This document shows, piece after piece, positions 39,748 to 53,592 of a stretch of 64,000 nucleotides of DNA (position 1 is the first letter of the stretch; each line of letters starts with the position of its first letter). The stretch comes from Eledone cirrhosa (Eukaryota): contig OZ024765.1 of the NCBI GenBank assembly GCA_964016885.1, positions 4,154,001 through 4,218,000 of the forward strand, given 5' to 3'. A program made the position numbers and the translations under genes. Under the pieces are notes generated by a model. The model saw nothing but the letters and a program-made list of their open reading frames with translations, was not told the origin of the DNA and searched no databases.

Positions 39748-40091
39748 ACACACACATATATATACACATATGTGTATGGGTGTCTACGTAGATATGTACA
39801 CACACACACACACACACAGACACACACACACACACACATACACACACATATATATGCACATATTTCTGAATAAGCCCAAGGAATATGACAACTAATCTTA
39901 AATGTAATAAACCTATAGGAAACCAGAAAAGTGACAGGTAAAATTTTTAAAAGAAAAATCTTGTTAGAAAGTTGAGAAAATGATGTGAGATTTGAGAGAA
40001 CCTTCTCACAGCTTTTTTGATAAATCAGAACTTGTACAGATTCCTGGAACCATCTTCTACTTTCATGTATACACAGCCACAATATATGATA

Positions 40092-41167
40092 TAATAATGG
40101 TTTCTACTTTAGGCACAAGGCCAGCAATTACCCCAGTGCATTACTGGTACTTTATTTTATCGACCCCGTAAGGATGAAAGGGAAAGGGTTTCTACTTTTG
40201 GCACAAGGCCAGCAATTACCCCAGTACATTACTGGTACTTTATTTTATCGACCCCGTAAGGATGAAAGGGAAAGGGTTTCTACTTTAGGCACAAGGCCAG
40301 CAATTACCCCCAGTACATTACTGGTACTTTATTTTATCGACCCCGTAAGGATGAAAGGGAAAGGGTTTCTACTTTTGGCACAAGGCCAGCAATTACCCCA
40401 GTACATTACTGGTCCTTTATTTTATCGACCCCGTAAGGATGAAAGGGAAAGGGTTTCTACTTTAGGCACAAGGCCAGCAATTACCCCAGTACATTACTGG
40501 TACTTTATTTTATCGACCCCGTAAGGATGAAAGGCAAAGGGTTTCTACTTTTGGCACAAGGCCAGCAATTACCCCAGTACATTACTGGTACTTTATTTTA
40601 TCGACCCCCGTAAGGATGAAAGGGAAAGGGTTTCTACTTTAGGCACAAGGCCAGCAATTACCCCCAGTACATTACTGGTACTTTATTTTATCGACCCCGT
40701 AAGGATGAAAGGCAAAATGTTTTCTAATTTAGGCACAAGGCCAGCAATGTTTTGGGAGGGGAAAGTCGATTAAATTGACACCAGTACATTACTGGTACTT
40801 TATTTTATCGACCCCGTAAGGATGAAAGGCAAAGTTAACCTCGGCGGGATTTGAACTCAGAACGTAAAGGGCGATAACTCTATGCTGCAAAGCAAAGTGT
40901 CCGACTCTCTACCGATACTGCCAATTCACTGTGTATTATATATGTTGTGTGTATATTATGTGTATGTATATATGATATAATAATGGTTTCTTATGTAGGC
41001 ACAAAGCCAACAATTACTCCAGTACATTACTGGTTCTTTATTTTATCGACCCCGTAAGGATGAAAGGCAAAGTCAACCTCGGCAGGATTTGAACTCAGAT
41101 CATAAATGGCCGTAACTCTATGCTACAAATCATGGTGTCCTACTCTCTACTGATACTGCCAATCCAA
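40092..41167 (-). mobile_element. SINE B with ~8 tandem copies of its ~88-bp 3' half, plus a second SINE B
   Basis: tttctactttaggcacaaggccagc..aaggatgaaagg units from 40101; head at ~40830-40931; another copy at 40980-41167. Confidence 0.9.
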
Positions 41168-41179
41168 TATAATAATGCT

Positions 41180-41214
<35 letters not shown>

Positions 41215-41321
41215 CCATAATCATCCGGCGACCTCAGCCGAAATGGACTCAACAATTGATATCTACGTGGGTCTGCTGTTCGTTGCCGTTGCCAAATCCT
41301 GGATTTCGATACCAGAATCTC

Positions 41322-41817
41322 TGGAGATGGCATCGGGACAGGAGAGCTTGCGCCCCCTGTTATTAGTGACTGCTTGTGGTTCCCAGAGCACTCATGGGGA
41401 CACAGTCTCAGAGGTGGCAAGATGGCAGTGGCCAGCAAATCAGGATAGGAGAGCTTGCACCCCCTGTTATTAGTGACTGCTTGTGGTTTCCAGAGCACTC
41501 ATGGGGACACAGCCTCAGAGGTGGCACGATGGCAGTGGCCAACAAATCGGGATAGGGGAGCTTGTGTCCCCTGTTATTAGTGACTGCTTGTGGTTTCCAG
41601 AGCACTCATGGGGACACAGCCTCAGAGGTGGCACGATGGCAGTGGCCAACAAATCGGGATAGGGGAGCTTGTGTCCCCTGTTATTAGTGACTGCTTGTGG
41701 TTTCCAGAGCACTCATGGGGACACAGCCTCAGAGGTGGCACAATGGCAGTGGCCAACAAATCGGGATAGGGGAGCTTGTGTCCCCTGTTATTAGTGACTG
41801 CTTGTGGTTTACAAAGC
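41322..41817. repeat. 107-bp GC-balanced tandem repeat, ~4.7 copies
   Basis: ccctgttattagtgactgc at 41355, 41462, 41569, 41676 and 41783. Confidence 0.95.
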
Positions 41818-42086
41818 ATGTAAAGGACCATAACTCTATGCCATAACGTAAAGTGCCTGTTGCTCTACCGATGCTGATAATCCACCACCAATAATTGTTT
41901 CTTATTTAGGCACAAGGCCAACAATTTTGTGCGAGGGGAAAGTTGAATAAATTGACTCCAGTGCATTACTGGTACTTTATTTTATTAAGAAAAAGGTGAA
42001 AGGCAAATCTAACCTTGGTGGAATCTGATTGCATTCTGTCTGACACACTACCGATGCTCGCAATATACCACCCTTATTATTATTAT

Positions 42087-42087
<1 letters not shown>

Positions 42088-42117
<30 letters not shown>

Positions 42118-42274
42118 TGTGGTGGTGGTAGTTGTGGTGGTGGTAGTAGTAGTAGTAGTGGTGGTGGTGGTAGTAATAGTTGTGGTGGTAGTAGTAGTAG
42201 TTGTGGTAGTAGTAGTAGTAGTTGTGGTGGTAGTAGTTGTAGTGGTGGTAGTAGTAGTAGTAGTAGTTGTGGTG

Positions 42275-42307
<33 letters not shown>

Positions 42308-42478
42308 ATAGTTGTGGTGGTAGTAGTAGTAGTAGTTGTGGTGGTAGTAGTTGTGGTGGTAATAGTAGTAGTAGTGGTGGTGGTAGTAGTAATAGTTGTG
42401 GTGGTAGTAGTAGTAGTAGTAGTAGTTGTGGTGGTAGTGGTAATAGTTGTGGTGGTAGTACTAGAAGTAGTTGTGGTG

Positions 42479-42513
<35 letters not shown>

Positions 42514-42556
42514 GGTGGTGGTGGTAGTAGTAATAGTTGTGGTGGTAGTAGTAGTT

Positions 42557-42603
<47 letters not shown>

Positions 42604-42808
42604 GGTAGTAGTAATAATTGTGGTGGTAGTAGTAGTAGTAGTAGTAGTTGTGGTGGTAGTAGTTGTGGTGGTAGTAGTAGTAGTTGTGGTGGTAGTGGTA
42701 ATAATTGTGGTGGTAGTACTAGAAGTAGTTGTGGTGGTAGTAGTAGTAGTGGTGGTGGTAGCAGTAGTAGTAGTGGCAGTGGTGGTGGTAGTAGTAGTTG
42801 TGGTGGTG

Positions 42809-42885
<77 letters not shown>

Positions 42886-42900
42886 GGTGGTAGTAGTGGG
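42088..42900. repeat. (TAG/TGG/TTG)n tract
   Basis: Trinucleotide array. Confidence 0.95.
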
Positions 42901-43179
42901 GGAAGAAGAAGAAGAAAAAACATAAAGAAGAAGATTTTCTAAAGAATTGTTTTTTTTTCTCTGGCATATGATTTTGAAATAAAGAGTAAAGATAAGATAA
43001 AGAATTTCTTCTAATCTTCTGATTAATTAGATTAAGATTAATATTCATGCTGGCAGGTGGCTTAAAGATTATCTTCCTTTCTGATATTTAACTCTTTCAT
43101 TACCATAATTCATATCTCTCATTATTAAACTGCTGTTTGGAACATCATTCAACAAAGCTTCTCACATAAAATTATGTTG

Positions 43180-44010
43180 TTACCATATTTCTAATGAAAG
43201 ACACTACCTATGGTTTTCAAATAATTTTGAAAATAATCAAGCACTTGAAGGAATTTAATAATATATCTCACTAACTATTATCAAACCTTTCATTACCATA
43301 TCTCTAATGAAAGACACTGTCTATGTCATTAACCCTTTCATTACCATATTTCTAATGAAAGACACTACCTATGTATTTAACCCTTTCATTACCATATTTT
43401 TAACGAAAGACACTGTCCATGTCATTAACCCTTTCATTACCATATTTCTAATGAAAGACACTGTCTATGTCTTTAACCCTTTAATTACCATATTTCTAAT
43501 GAAAGACACTGTCTATGTCTTTAACCCTTTCATTACCATATTTCTAAGGAAAGACACTGTCTATGTCTTTAACTCTTTCAATACCATATCTCTAATGAAA
43601 GACACTGTCTATGTCTTAAACCCTTTCATTACCATATTTCTAATGAAAGACACTGTCTATGTCTTAAACCCTTTCATTACCATGTTTCTAATGAAAGACA
43701 CTACCTATGTCTTTAACCCTTTCATTACCATATTTCTAATGAAAGACACTGCCTATGTCTTTAACCCTTTCATTACCATGTTTCTAATGAAAGACACTGT
43801 CTATGTCTTTAACCCTTCCGTTACCATATTTCTAACGAAAGACACTGTCTATGTCATTAACCCTTTAATTACCATATTTCTAATGAAAGACACTGTCTAT
43901 GTCATTAACCCTTTAATTACCATATTTCTAATGAAAGACACTGTCTATGTCATTAACCCTTTCATTACCATATTTCTAATGAAAGACACTGTCTATGTCT
44001 TTAACTCTTT
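43180..44010. repeat. 48-bp minisatellite
   Basis: ttaaccctttcattaccatatttctaatgaaagacactgtctatgtct, about 15 copies. Confidence 0.95.
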
Positions 44011-44328
44011 CATGGGTGCTTTTTGTCATGACACCTACACAACCACTTTACAGTGAGTACTGGGTGCTTTTTGTCATGACCCCTACACGATCACTTTACA
44101 GTGTGGGGTGGGTGCTTTTTGTTGTGACACCTACACAACCACTTTACAGGGTAGACTAGATGTTTACGTCTATTTTCCACACTAGCATGGGTTAGAAGGG
44201 TTGTCCTGTTATGGGCAATGCTAGGTCAGGTGACGATGTCCTGCTCATACATGACTAATTCTAGCTTCGTTTCTACAGTATAAATGTTTATTCTCAATAC
44301 ATGTGTTTCACTCACAAAGTTGGTTTAA

Positions 44329-44538
44329 CCCTTTAGCATTTACATTACTCTATATATATATTATTATTATTTTGTGGTAAAGGTTTTACTTCACATAATA
44401 TCGAAGCTGTGAGATTTTGATGTCATTTATTTTGAGAACAATACCTTAACATCAATATGAGTGGCTGGTTATGGCCGATTTGAACAGAAAGATGTGAGAG
44501 AATTCTGGCCGGATACAGCTGATTTAAATGCTAAAGGG
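44329..44538. mobile_element. piggyBac-like MITE
   Basis: TTAA|CCCTTTAGCATTTA..TAAATGCTAAAGGG|TTAA, perfect 14-bp TIR. Confidence 0.88.
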
Positions 44539-45059
44539 TTAAATGAAATGACTTAAACCTTAAAATCAGTATGAGTGACCGGTTATGGCTGGTTTGAACT
44601 GACAGAGGTGAGAGAATTCTGGCCAAATCAGTGTAACCCCATCTTTCCCGAAGTATCTGGATATGAACAAATGTCAAAGAGGCAATTTTATTTTATAAAA
44701 AATCTGAACATGTTAACTCTACAGTGTTCTTAATGAGTTATATGTAAGTTTGTGTAAAAATCTATTCTGTATTCTGTTATTTATCATTGATGTTCAATGA
44801 CTTTACAAATTTCAAATTTAATAAATTGATGTAAACAAACTAAATTATACATAAATGTAAAGCAATGTTATAAATGTACAAATATTTACAAATAAACATC
44901 TATTTATTTGAAATAATAAGATATTTTATCTTTACAGCTTTTTTTGTTATGACAAATGTTGATTTATATAACTTATTTATTTTGTCAAAATAACCATGAT
45001 CTTAATGTTACAAGTAAAAAGAAAAATAATAATAGGAACAAGAAAAAAGAAAAAAAACA

Positions 45060-45545
45060 CACTAGCTGGTAATACATACATCTAGGACCGCATAAAACAA
45101 ATAAGCAAGTAATACATACATCTAGGACCACATACAACACCCATCTAGGACCACATGCAACACACATCTAGGACCACATGCAACACAAGCATGTAATACA
45201 CATATCTACGTCCACATACAACACACAAGTAGGTAATACATACATCTAGGACCACATACAACACACAAGCTGGTAATACACACATCTAGGACCACATACA
45301 ACACACAAGCTGGTAATACATACATCTAGGACCACATACAACACACAAGCTGGTAATACATACATCTAAAACCACATACAACACACAAGCTGGTAATACA
45401 CACATCTAGGACCACATACAACACACAAGCAAGTAGTACATACACATCTAGGACCACATACAATACACAAGCAGGTAATACACACATCTAGGACCACATA
45501 CAACACACAAGCAAGTAATACACACACATCTAGGACCACATTGAA
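45060..45545. repeat. 40-bp minisatellite
   Basis: catctaggaccacatacaacacacaagctggtaataca(c/t)a units. Confidence 0.92.
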
Positions 45546-47044
45546 CAAAAGGCAAGCGAAAGGGGTCGACAAATATATATGATTGTATTTTCATGGTAAA
45601 AGCTTTACCTTACATAATTATCTCACATAATGTCGAATTTATGACATTTTGATATTATTTATTTTGAGAGAATTCTGGCTGGTTATGGCCAGTTTAAATC
45701 TTCTTCTTCTTCTCCTCCTCCTCCTCCTTCTCCTACTTCTTCTCCTCCTCCTTCTTCTCCTTCTCCTCCATACCCCCTCCTCCTCCTCCCCCTTCTCCTC
45801 CTCTTGGTCTTCTGTTGCATCTGGATTTCTGCATTAAGTGTCACAAATTCATCTTCTTTTCCTCCCCCTCTTCACCCCCCCCTCATTTCTCTCCTCCCCA
45901 GTTACATCTGGACACCTCCATGTAAGCGAGACAAACATTTAACAGAAACGCAATAAAAGTAAGTTACAGCCGCTCTCTTAAATATGGGACTCATGAAAGA
46001 AAAACAAACAAAAACCAACGAAAACAAAACCAAAACTAAACAAAGAAGAAACTCACTGTGAAATAATTATAGGGGCACCAAGAAATCTCGCAGCAAACAT
46101 TGAACGCCATAACAATTTGTAAACTGATTTTCTGCGTCAAATCCCATAAACTGGTTAATAGAAATAACACATAGCAGTTAAATAGAGTTGCTTATGAAAT
46201 ATTTGAAGTGTAATAAAAACAGACCGTCGTATTGTTAACAGAGAAGTAAGAAACAGCAGAATTGCAACAATAAAAACATTATTCTCTATCCATTTAAGAG
46301 CAGGTGTTTTAGAAAGTATGTTTTATTTATAGCAATGTGTTAGATGCAAGCAAGGAAAAGTAAATAAAAATTCATTGATAACCATATTTAAAAGCCATTG
46401 CGTAGAGCATAATAGCATTTCTTTGAAATGTGTGCAGGCAAAAGGCAACGATTTGGCTTTGTCAATATATATTTGGTTATAAAAAGAGAAGCAAATTGGA
46501 ACAATATTGGAATGAATTGGAATAAAATTGCTCCTTATTGGGCCGAGCAAAATCTCATTTTCTGCTTGTCAAGAGATGTGAACTTTGATTTTTTTTTTCC
46601 AGAAAAAAATGTATTGTGTTGATTCAAAATTATGAACTACTCAACAAATGCCCAGAGCTAATCTCGAAGTGCAGGCACGAAAAGAAAGCTATTAGGTTAT
46701 GTTGTGTTATATTATGTTAAAACCTTTCACTGAGATACAGTCAGACTGAGCGACTATATATATTATATATTATATGAACTAGTCAGAAACATGTGTTTTT
46801 ATCATGGGATATTAAGATAACTGAAGTATTTCATCTCAGCAACCAACATTTTCCCAGTTCATGTATATTTATATAAACATGCACAGTAATAAACACATTT
46901 ATAATTGCCCCCTCGGTATATATGTATGTGTGTGTATGTGTGTGTGTGTGTGTGTGTGTGCGTGTGTGTACTGAGAAGGACCCAAAAAGGTCTCATGCAA
47001 TCAAAGAACAATGGATGTAAAATGATGCTGATAATAATGATGAT

Positions 47045-47077
<33 letters not shown>

Positions 47078-47224
47078 CACACATATATATATATATATAA
47101 ATAGTCGTTTTGGAAGCCTCAACAATGCAGATGGGTAAATATCCAGGTAACAGAATCAGGTGGTAATGAGAGAAGATGTAAGAGATGTAGAGAGCGTAAA
47201 AAGAACGTAGGAAAAGTGTAAAAA

Positions 47225-47390
47225 ATAATTGTTTCTACTTTTGGCACAAGGCCAGCAATTACCCAGTACATTACTGGTACTTTATTTTATCAACCCTGTA
47301 AGGATGAAAGGCAAAGTTGACCTCGGCGGGATTTGAACTCAGAATGGAAAGGGCCGTAACTCTATGCGTCAAAGCATCGTGTCTGACCCT
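47225..47390 (-). mobile_element. SINE family B
   Basis: Body and partial head. Confidence 0.8.
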
Positions 47391-47435
47391 AAATAATAAC
47401 ACAAAATAGAGTTACTTCCTAATTTTCTTCTCACA

Positions 47436-47653
47436 CGGGGTGGGCCAGAATTCATGACTAGTTTGTTAGTTATATTTCTTAACATTTAACTAAGCAGCGC
47501 ATTAATTAAATATGTACATCTGTGTGCTTACCGTATCTTGTTCATGATCTTATGCCTGTATATGGTATTATATTCCTTAACTTGTTTTTATAACATTTTG
47601 TGTGAATAGAATCTATAAATAATCAAGTGAGTCATGAATTTTGGCCCGCCCTG
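47436..47653. mobile_element. Tc1/mariner-like MITE
   Basis: Imperfect 24-bp TIR cggggtgggccagaattcatgact / agtcatgaattttggcccgccctg; TA on the right. Confidence 0.7.
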
Positions 47654-47927
47654 TATATATATATATATATATATATATAATTACACACATACTCATATAT
47701 CATAGAATTTGACATGTGTTATATGATATATATCAGCATCAGACATGATAAAAGATCATCTTTCTGAAATGTGTCAATATCACATACATATAGTTTTGTG
47801 TTAATCTCTAAGGTCCCTTATTGGTGGACAGATTGTTGTGAAAATTTGGTGTATTAGAGAAAAGAGTTTATTTTTTAATGTGATGGTGTCGTAGTGTTGT
47901 TGTTTTACACTTTTCAACAATGCCTTG

Positions 47928-48090
47928 CTGATGGCTAATGGTTGGATAACATCCATGAGCTTGGCTGGTCTCGCTTGGGGATCCAGCCTGGTCAGTTGGA
48001 GACGGTTGCTTGTGACAGGACCTGCAGGAAGGAGGGTTGGAGGACTCTGTCCCCACGACCCTCTCAGGAATAAGTGGGTGAAGAAGACGA
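47928..48090 (+). pseudogene. RTE-like LINE extreme 3' end
   Basis: W.DNIHELGWSRLGIQPGQLETVACDR..LSPRPSQE-stop resembles RTE termini. Confidence 0.5.
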
Positions 48091-48157
48091 AAAAAAAGCA
48101 GAAGCACACACACACACACACACACACATACACACATACACATATATATTATATTAT

Positions 48158-48353
48158 AATGAAGGAAGTGTGGTAAGGAACCAGGTGGACCATAACGCAC
48201 CAGAGTACTCGATACTTAGGGTAGTAGAGTGGATAATAGGAAAATAGTCAGGACCCCACCAGCTGAGCTCCAGCCATTTCGACAGCTAGTTCTGGACTCA
48301 AACTAGCTGTCGAAATGGCCAGAGCTCAGCTGTCGAGGTCCTGACTATTTTCC

Positions 48354-48359
<6 letters not shown>
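48158..48359. mobile_element. Fold-back insert, family P3
   Basis: Inverted repeat 48233-48359 plus a tail homologous to 14304-14382. Confidence 0.8.
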
Positions 48360-48401
<42 letters not shown>

Positions 48402-48479
48402 CATGATCTCTGGCGGCATACAGTAATACAGAAGACCCGACATCCCGCGAGCACAAGCTGAAGCATATGTACAGTACCC

Positions 48480-48705
48480 CCCCCCCACCTCACTGTAAAG
48501 TGGAAGTGTAAAAGACACGGCAAAAAGCCCACACTGTAAATGTGTGTGGTTGGTGTTAGGAAGGGCATCCAGCCATAGAAAACCAGCCAGAAACACCCCT
48601 ATATGAGTGAGACATGGTCACCCGACACAACTTGCCTCTAAATCAGACCCGTCTAACCCATGCTAGCGTGGAAGATGGATGTTAATCAATGATGATGATG
48701 ATGAT
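48480..48705 (+). mobile_element. SINE family A variant, 3' part
   Basis: ggtgttaggaagggcatccagc..ctaacccatgctagc..(ATG)n; a similar copy lies at 49010-49202. Confidence 0.7.
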
Positions 48706-49198
48706 ATTCCCTCCTCATAGCAGTGCCATCCAGTTCGAGACTCCCAAAATGTGATTCTGTTGTGAGAAGGATTTGGCACAGCCAACTGGCCTGTCCTTCC
48801 TCATAAGCCGTACCATCCAGGTCTACACAGCAAAGGTGTATGCAACTCCCAAACCATGGTTCTGCTATAAGAAGAGTTTGACATGGCCTACTGACCTGTC
48901 CCTCTTCATAGCTGTGCTATCCAGTTCTAGGCTCTCAAACTATGGTTCCACTATGAGAAGTGTTTGACATGGCCTACTGACCTGTCCCTCTTCATAGTGG
49001 TGCCATCTAATTCCACACTATAAATGTGGTTGTTGTTAGGAAGGGCATCCAGCTGTAAAAACCCCAGCCAAATGTACAGTTCCATGGAACAAGGTACAGT
49101 GTGGCCAATTCTTGCCAGACTTGTCTCTCGACATGGACAACCTGTCTAACCCATGCAAGCATATAAAATGGATGTATAAACGGTGATGATGATGATGA

Positions 49199-49246
<48 letters not shown>

Positions 49247-49251
<5 letters not shown>

Positions 49252-49451
49252 AACGAGTAGGACCCTGACGGCTGAGCTCAAGCCGTTTCAACAGCTAATT
49301 CTGGACATTTAGTCCAGAATTAGCCGTCGAAACGGCTTGAGCTCAGCCGTCGGGGTCCTACTCATTCCTATTACCCACTCTACTACCCTAAGTATTGAGT
49401 ACTTTGGTGCATTATGGTCCATCTAGTTCCTTACTACATTTACTTTGTTTT
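49247..49451. mobile_element. Fold-back insert, family P3 (opposite orientation)
   Basis: Inverted repeat 49247-49371; GAA-ACGGC ttgagctca GCCGT-C at 49329-49351. Confidence 0.8.
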
Positions 49452-49659
49452 ATATATATATATATATATACACACACATATACTTATATATGTGTGTGTA
49501 TTTTTCAACAATATTTTTCTAATGTGACTTCATGTGGTACAGGACATATTGAGATTTAATACAACCTCACCATAAAAGGATCGATCGACTTTCGTCAAAT
49601 TGGACCGAGGAAACAATGTTTCCGTTGGTCTTTCCAGTTACTAATACTATATATCGGTC

Positions 49660-49797
49660 GCAACTCCAGGTAGAAGGAGCAACGTGAAATAAAGTGTCTT
49701 GCTCAAGGACATAAGGCATCACCTGGTCCAGGAATCGAACTCACAACCTCATGATTGTGAATCCAATTCTTTAACCATTCAACTACACGAACCTCGC
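49660..49797 (-). mobile_element. Diverged tRNA-headed SINE (family A related)
   Basis: gtgagttcgattcc B box and ccttgagcaagacacttt on the minus strand. Confidence 0.7.
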
Positions 49798-50049
49798 CAT
49801 ATGCTGTCATAACTTCTTAGAGTTCATTATAATTAACTTTAAATATTTAAGATAACACAGTATTTTATAATTAATCCCCATTCATTAATATCTTCACCTT
49901 AATTTAACCTCAGTTTTTCCTGCTAATGAGGGAGTGTGGCCTAGTGGTAAATGTATGGGTCTTACGGTTATAATGGTTTCTGTTTTAGGCACAAGGCCAG
50001 CAATTCAGCTAGTAGTATATATAGAGTAATGTAAATGCTAAAGGGTTAA

Positions 50050-50207
50050 TACAATGGCCTTCTGCAGCGTTCCATCTAACAAATTCCAATGTCATAACTC
50101 TGGTTAACCTGAGGTTTTACTAGAGAACAGTTACCCCAAGTGGCACACTGTGTGGTTGAACCCAGAACGACATGGTTACAAAATGAACACCTTAACCACA
50201 CAGCCAT
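50050..50207 (-). mobile_element. Old tRNA-headed SINE remnant
   Basis: atggctgtgtggttaa..gggttcaacc head; related remnant at 53955-54126. Confidence 0.5.
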
Positions 50208-50330
50208 CCCTCTTCAGAATGTTAATATTGCTCTGGTGTCTCCTATAATTTACTTTATACCATTCGGAATGTCTAGAGAACTTGACAGAGGAAATCTTTG
50301 TACTTAGGTAAATACGCACACACACATGCA

Positions 50331-50368
<38 letters not shown>

Positions 50369-50417
50369 ATGTGTGTGTGTGTATGCATATATATATATAT
50401 GTATCTATGTGTATGTT

Positions 50418-50451
<34 letters not shown>

Positions 50452-50770
50452 ATATATATATATATGTATATATATAATATATATATATATGTATATATAT
50501 ACATATCTATATATATTATATATATCTATATATATTATATATATACATATATATTATATATATACATATATATATATTATATATATACATATATATATAT
50601 ATTATATATATACATATATATATATATATATTATATATATATATAAATATATATATATGTATATATATACATATATATATATATTATATATATACATATA
50701 TATATATATTATATATATACATATATATATTATATATATACATATATATATATATTATATATATATTATA

Positions 50771-50805
<35 letters not shown>

Positions 50806-50834
50806 TATATATATACATATATATATATATTATA

Positions 50835-50882
<48 letters not shown>

Positions 50883-50911
50883 TATATATATACATATATA
50901 TATATATTATT

Positions 50912-50964
<53 letters not shown>

Positions 50965-51659
50965 CACACACATATATATACACACATATATATACACACA
51001 CACATATATATATATATAGAGACACATATATATATATATACACACATATATATATATATACACACATATATATATATATACACACACATATATATATATA
51101 TACACACACATATATATATATATACACACATATATATATATGCATACATATATATATATATATTTAAATATATATATATTTAAATATTTATATACATATA
51201 TATATATACATACATATATATATGTATATATTACACACATAATACACACACTATACACACAGATTCTACACACACTATACACACAGATTCTACACACTAT
51301 ACACACAGATTCAACACCCACCATTAACAATACAACACCGACAGTACTGAGACATACTAATTCCAATTTTCTTTCACTTTGCACAATTATTTTATGCAGT
51401 GTCTCCTGTGATATACATTCATCTCAGATTTAATTTAATTGCTCGTTAACCAAATTTATTTATTTATTGACGATCTCTTGCTGTCTCAACTTTATGTGTT
51501 TCCTTCGTTTGGTCAGATGGGAGAGGAGCCGAGGTATTTTTTTGTTTTTTTTTTGAGATAAAGATTTTTTCAGGTTTCAGTTTAATTTTTTATATACTGT
51601 ATGTTCTAGTTAAGCTATATGTAAAATAACAACAATTAGTGTTTTGTTGAATTGTGGTA

Positions 51660-52180
51660 AGAAACTCTCAGGAGAGCTGGGCAGCAGAAGGTCTTCAGAG
51701 AAGAAACTCTCTTGAGAGTTAGACAGCCAAAAGTCTTCAGAGAAGAAACTCTCTTGAGAGTTAGACAGCCAAAAGTCTTCAGAGAAGAAACTCTCTTGAG
51801 AGTTAGACAGCAGAAGGTCTTCTGAGAAGAAACTCTTAGGAGAGCTGGACAGCAGAAGGTCTTCAGAGAAGAAACTCTCCTGAGAGCTGGACAGCACAAA
51901 GTCTTCTGAGAAAAAACTCTCAGGAGAGCTGTACAGCAGGTTTCCAGAGAAAAAACTCTCAGGAGAGTTAGACAGCAGAAGGTCTTCTGAGAAGAAACTC
52001 TCTGGAGAGCTGGACAGCAGAAGGTCTTCTGAGAAGAAACTCTCAGGAGAGCTGGACAGCAGGTCTTCAGGAAAAAAACTCTCAGGAGAGCTGGACAGCA
52101 GGTCTTCAGAGAAGAAACTCTCCTGAGAGTTAGACAGCAGAAGGTATTCAGAGAAGAAACTCTCAGGAGAGCTAGACACA
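51660..52180. repeat. 42/39-bp minisatellite
   Basis: gtcttc at 51691, 51733 and 51775; the minus strand reads (SSSPESFFSEDLLL)n. Confidence 0.9.
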
Positions 52181-52319
52181 GGCACATAAATACATAAATA
52201 TATGTATGCGTAAATATATGTATGCGTGAAGTCCTGCCTTGACCAGTTTTGCTCGATGACCGAAAGAGATAAAATAATCTGATTATTTTAACTTGTTCTG
52301 TCATTGAGCAACAAACCTT

Positions 52320-52586
52320 TGCATTACTGGTACTTTATTTTATCGACCCCGTAAGGATGAAAAGCAAAGTTAATAATAATAATGGTTTCTTATTTAGGCA
52401 CAAGGCCAGCAATTTGGGGGGGGGGAAAGTGGATGAAATTGACCCCAGTGCGTGACTGATACTTTATTTTATCGACCCCGTAAGGACGAAAGGCAAAGTT
52501 AACCTCGGCGGGATTTGAAATGGCCGTAACTATGCTGGAAAGCATGGCGTCCGACCCTCTACCGATACTGCCAATTCACCGCCCTA
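52320..52586 (-). mobile_element. SINE family B plus fragment
   Basis: Full copy 52380-52586; fragment 52320-52372. Confidence 0.85.
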
Positions 52587-53063
52587 ATAATAATAATAAT
52601 AATAATGATGATGATGATGGTGATAATGGTGATGGCTGTATAGAAACCGCTGTAGCAGAGATATAATTCGGCTGGTGGCTTTTAATCTAACATCTTTTGA
52701 AATAGACCTATGGAAACATTTTCTGACTTACTGCTGTTGAGTATTTTGAGGCAATTTACAACCTCAATCTAACTACTCCCAGAACGAACTGGCTTTTAAT
52801 AAAGACTTTCTCTCTAATAGAATTCTGCAACAATCTGATAAATTTGATGTATTCTCAATGAAAAGAAATGATTTCTTATATATACATATATACATGTGTG
52901 TATATATATATATATATAATAGTAATAATAAATATGTATATATATATGTAAATAATAATAATAATAATAAATATGTATATATATATATATATATGTAAAT
53001 AATAATAATAATAATAAATATGTATATATATATATGTAAATAATAATAATAATAATAAATATG

Positions 53064-53102
<39 letters not shown>

Positions 53103-53205
53103 TTCTTATACATACATATATATATATATTTTGTCTGTCTATTCTTCAAACTTATAATTTTTTATATATATATATGTATGTATGTGTGTGTGTGCGTATA
53201 TTACT

Positions 53206-53236
<31 letters not shown>

Positions 53237-53273
53237 ATATATATATGTGTGGGTGTGTGTGTGTATATACATA

Positions 53274-53314
<41 letters not shown>

Positions 53315-53592
53315 ACACACACATATATATATATATATATATTCCCTCATGTCTTCTTGTGATAATGAAAATAATTTTGTTGTTCCATAAACAGTAAGAA
53401 CTTATCACTGTGTTATTATTTTTCACCAAAATTTTCAGCCAATCATCTTAGATATCAAACATATTTATCTGACTATTTAACCAATATTTCTCTCATTTTA
53501 AAAGTCTTTTATGCTTTTGTTTTGTTGCTGGTTCCAGTCATTAGACTCTGGCCATGCTGGGACATTATATATATATATATATATATATATAT

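Noticed and set aside
39850-40082. 75-codon open frame in unique sequence
   Set aside because: No recognisable motif or convincing splice pair; compatible with chance.
42048-42925. Poly-Val and Leu/Pro ORFs
   Set aside because: Trinucleotide repeat.
33860-45545. Regular 40-107-bp arrays as possible CRISPR arrays
   Set aside because: Head-to-tail units with no unique spacers, no cas genes, eukaryotic context.
52625-52665. GAAACCGCTGTA as an HHR 3' half
   Set aside because: No core or stem I partner visible; too short to call.
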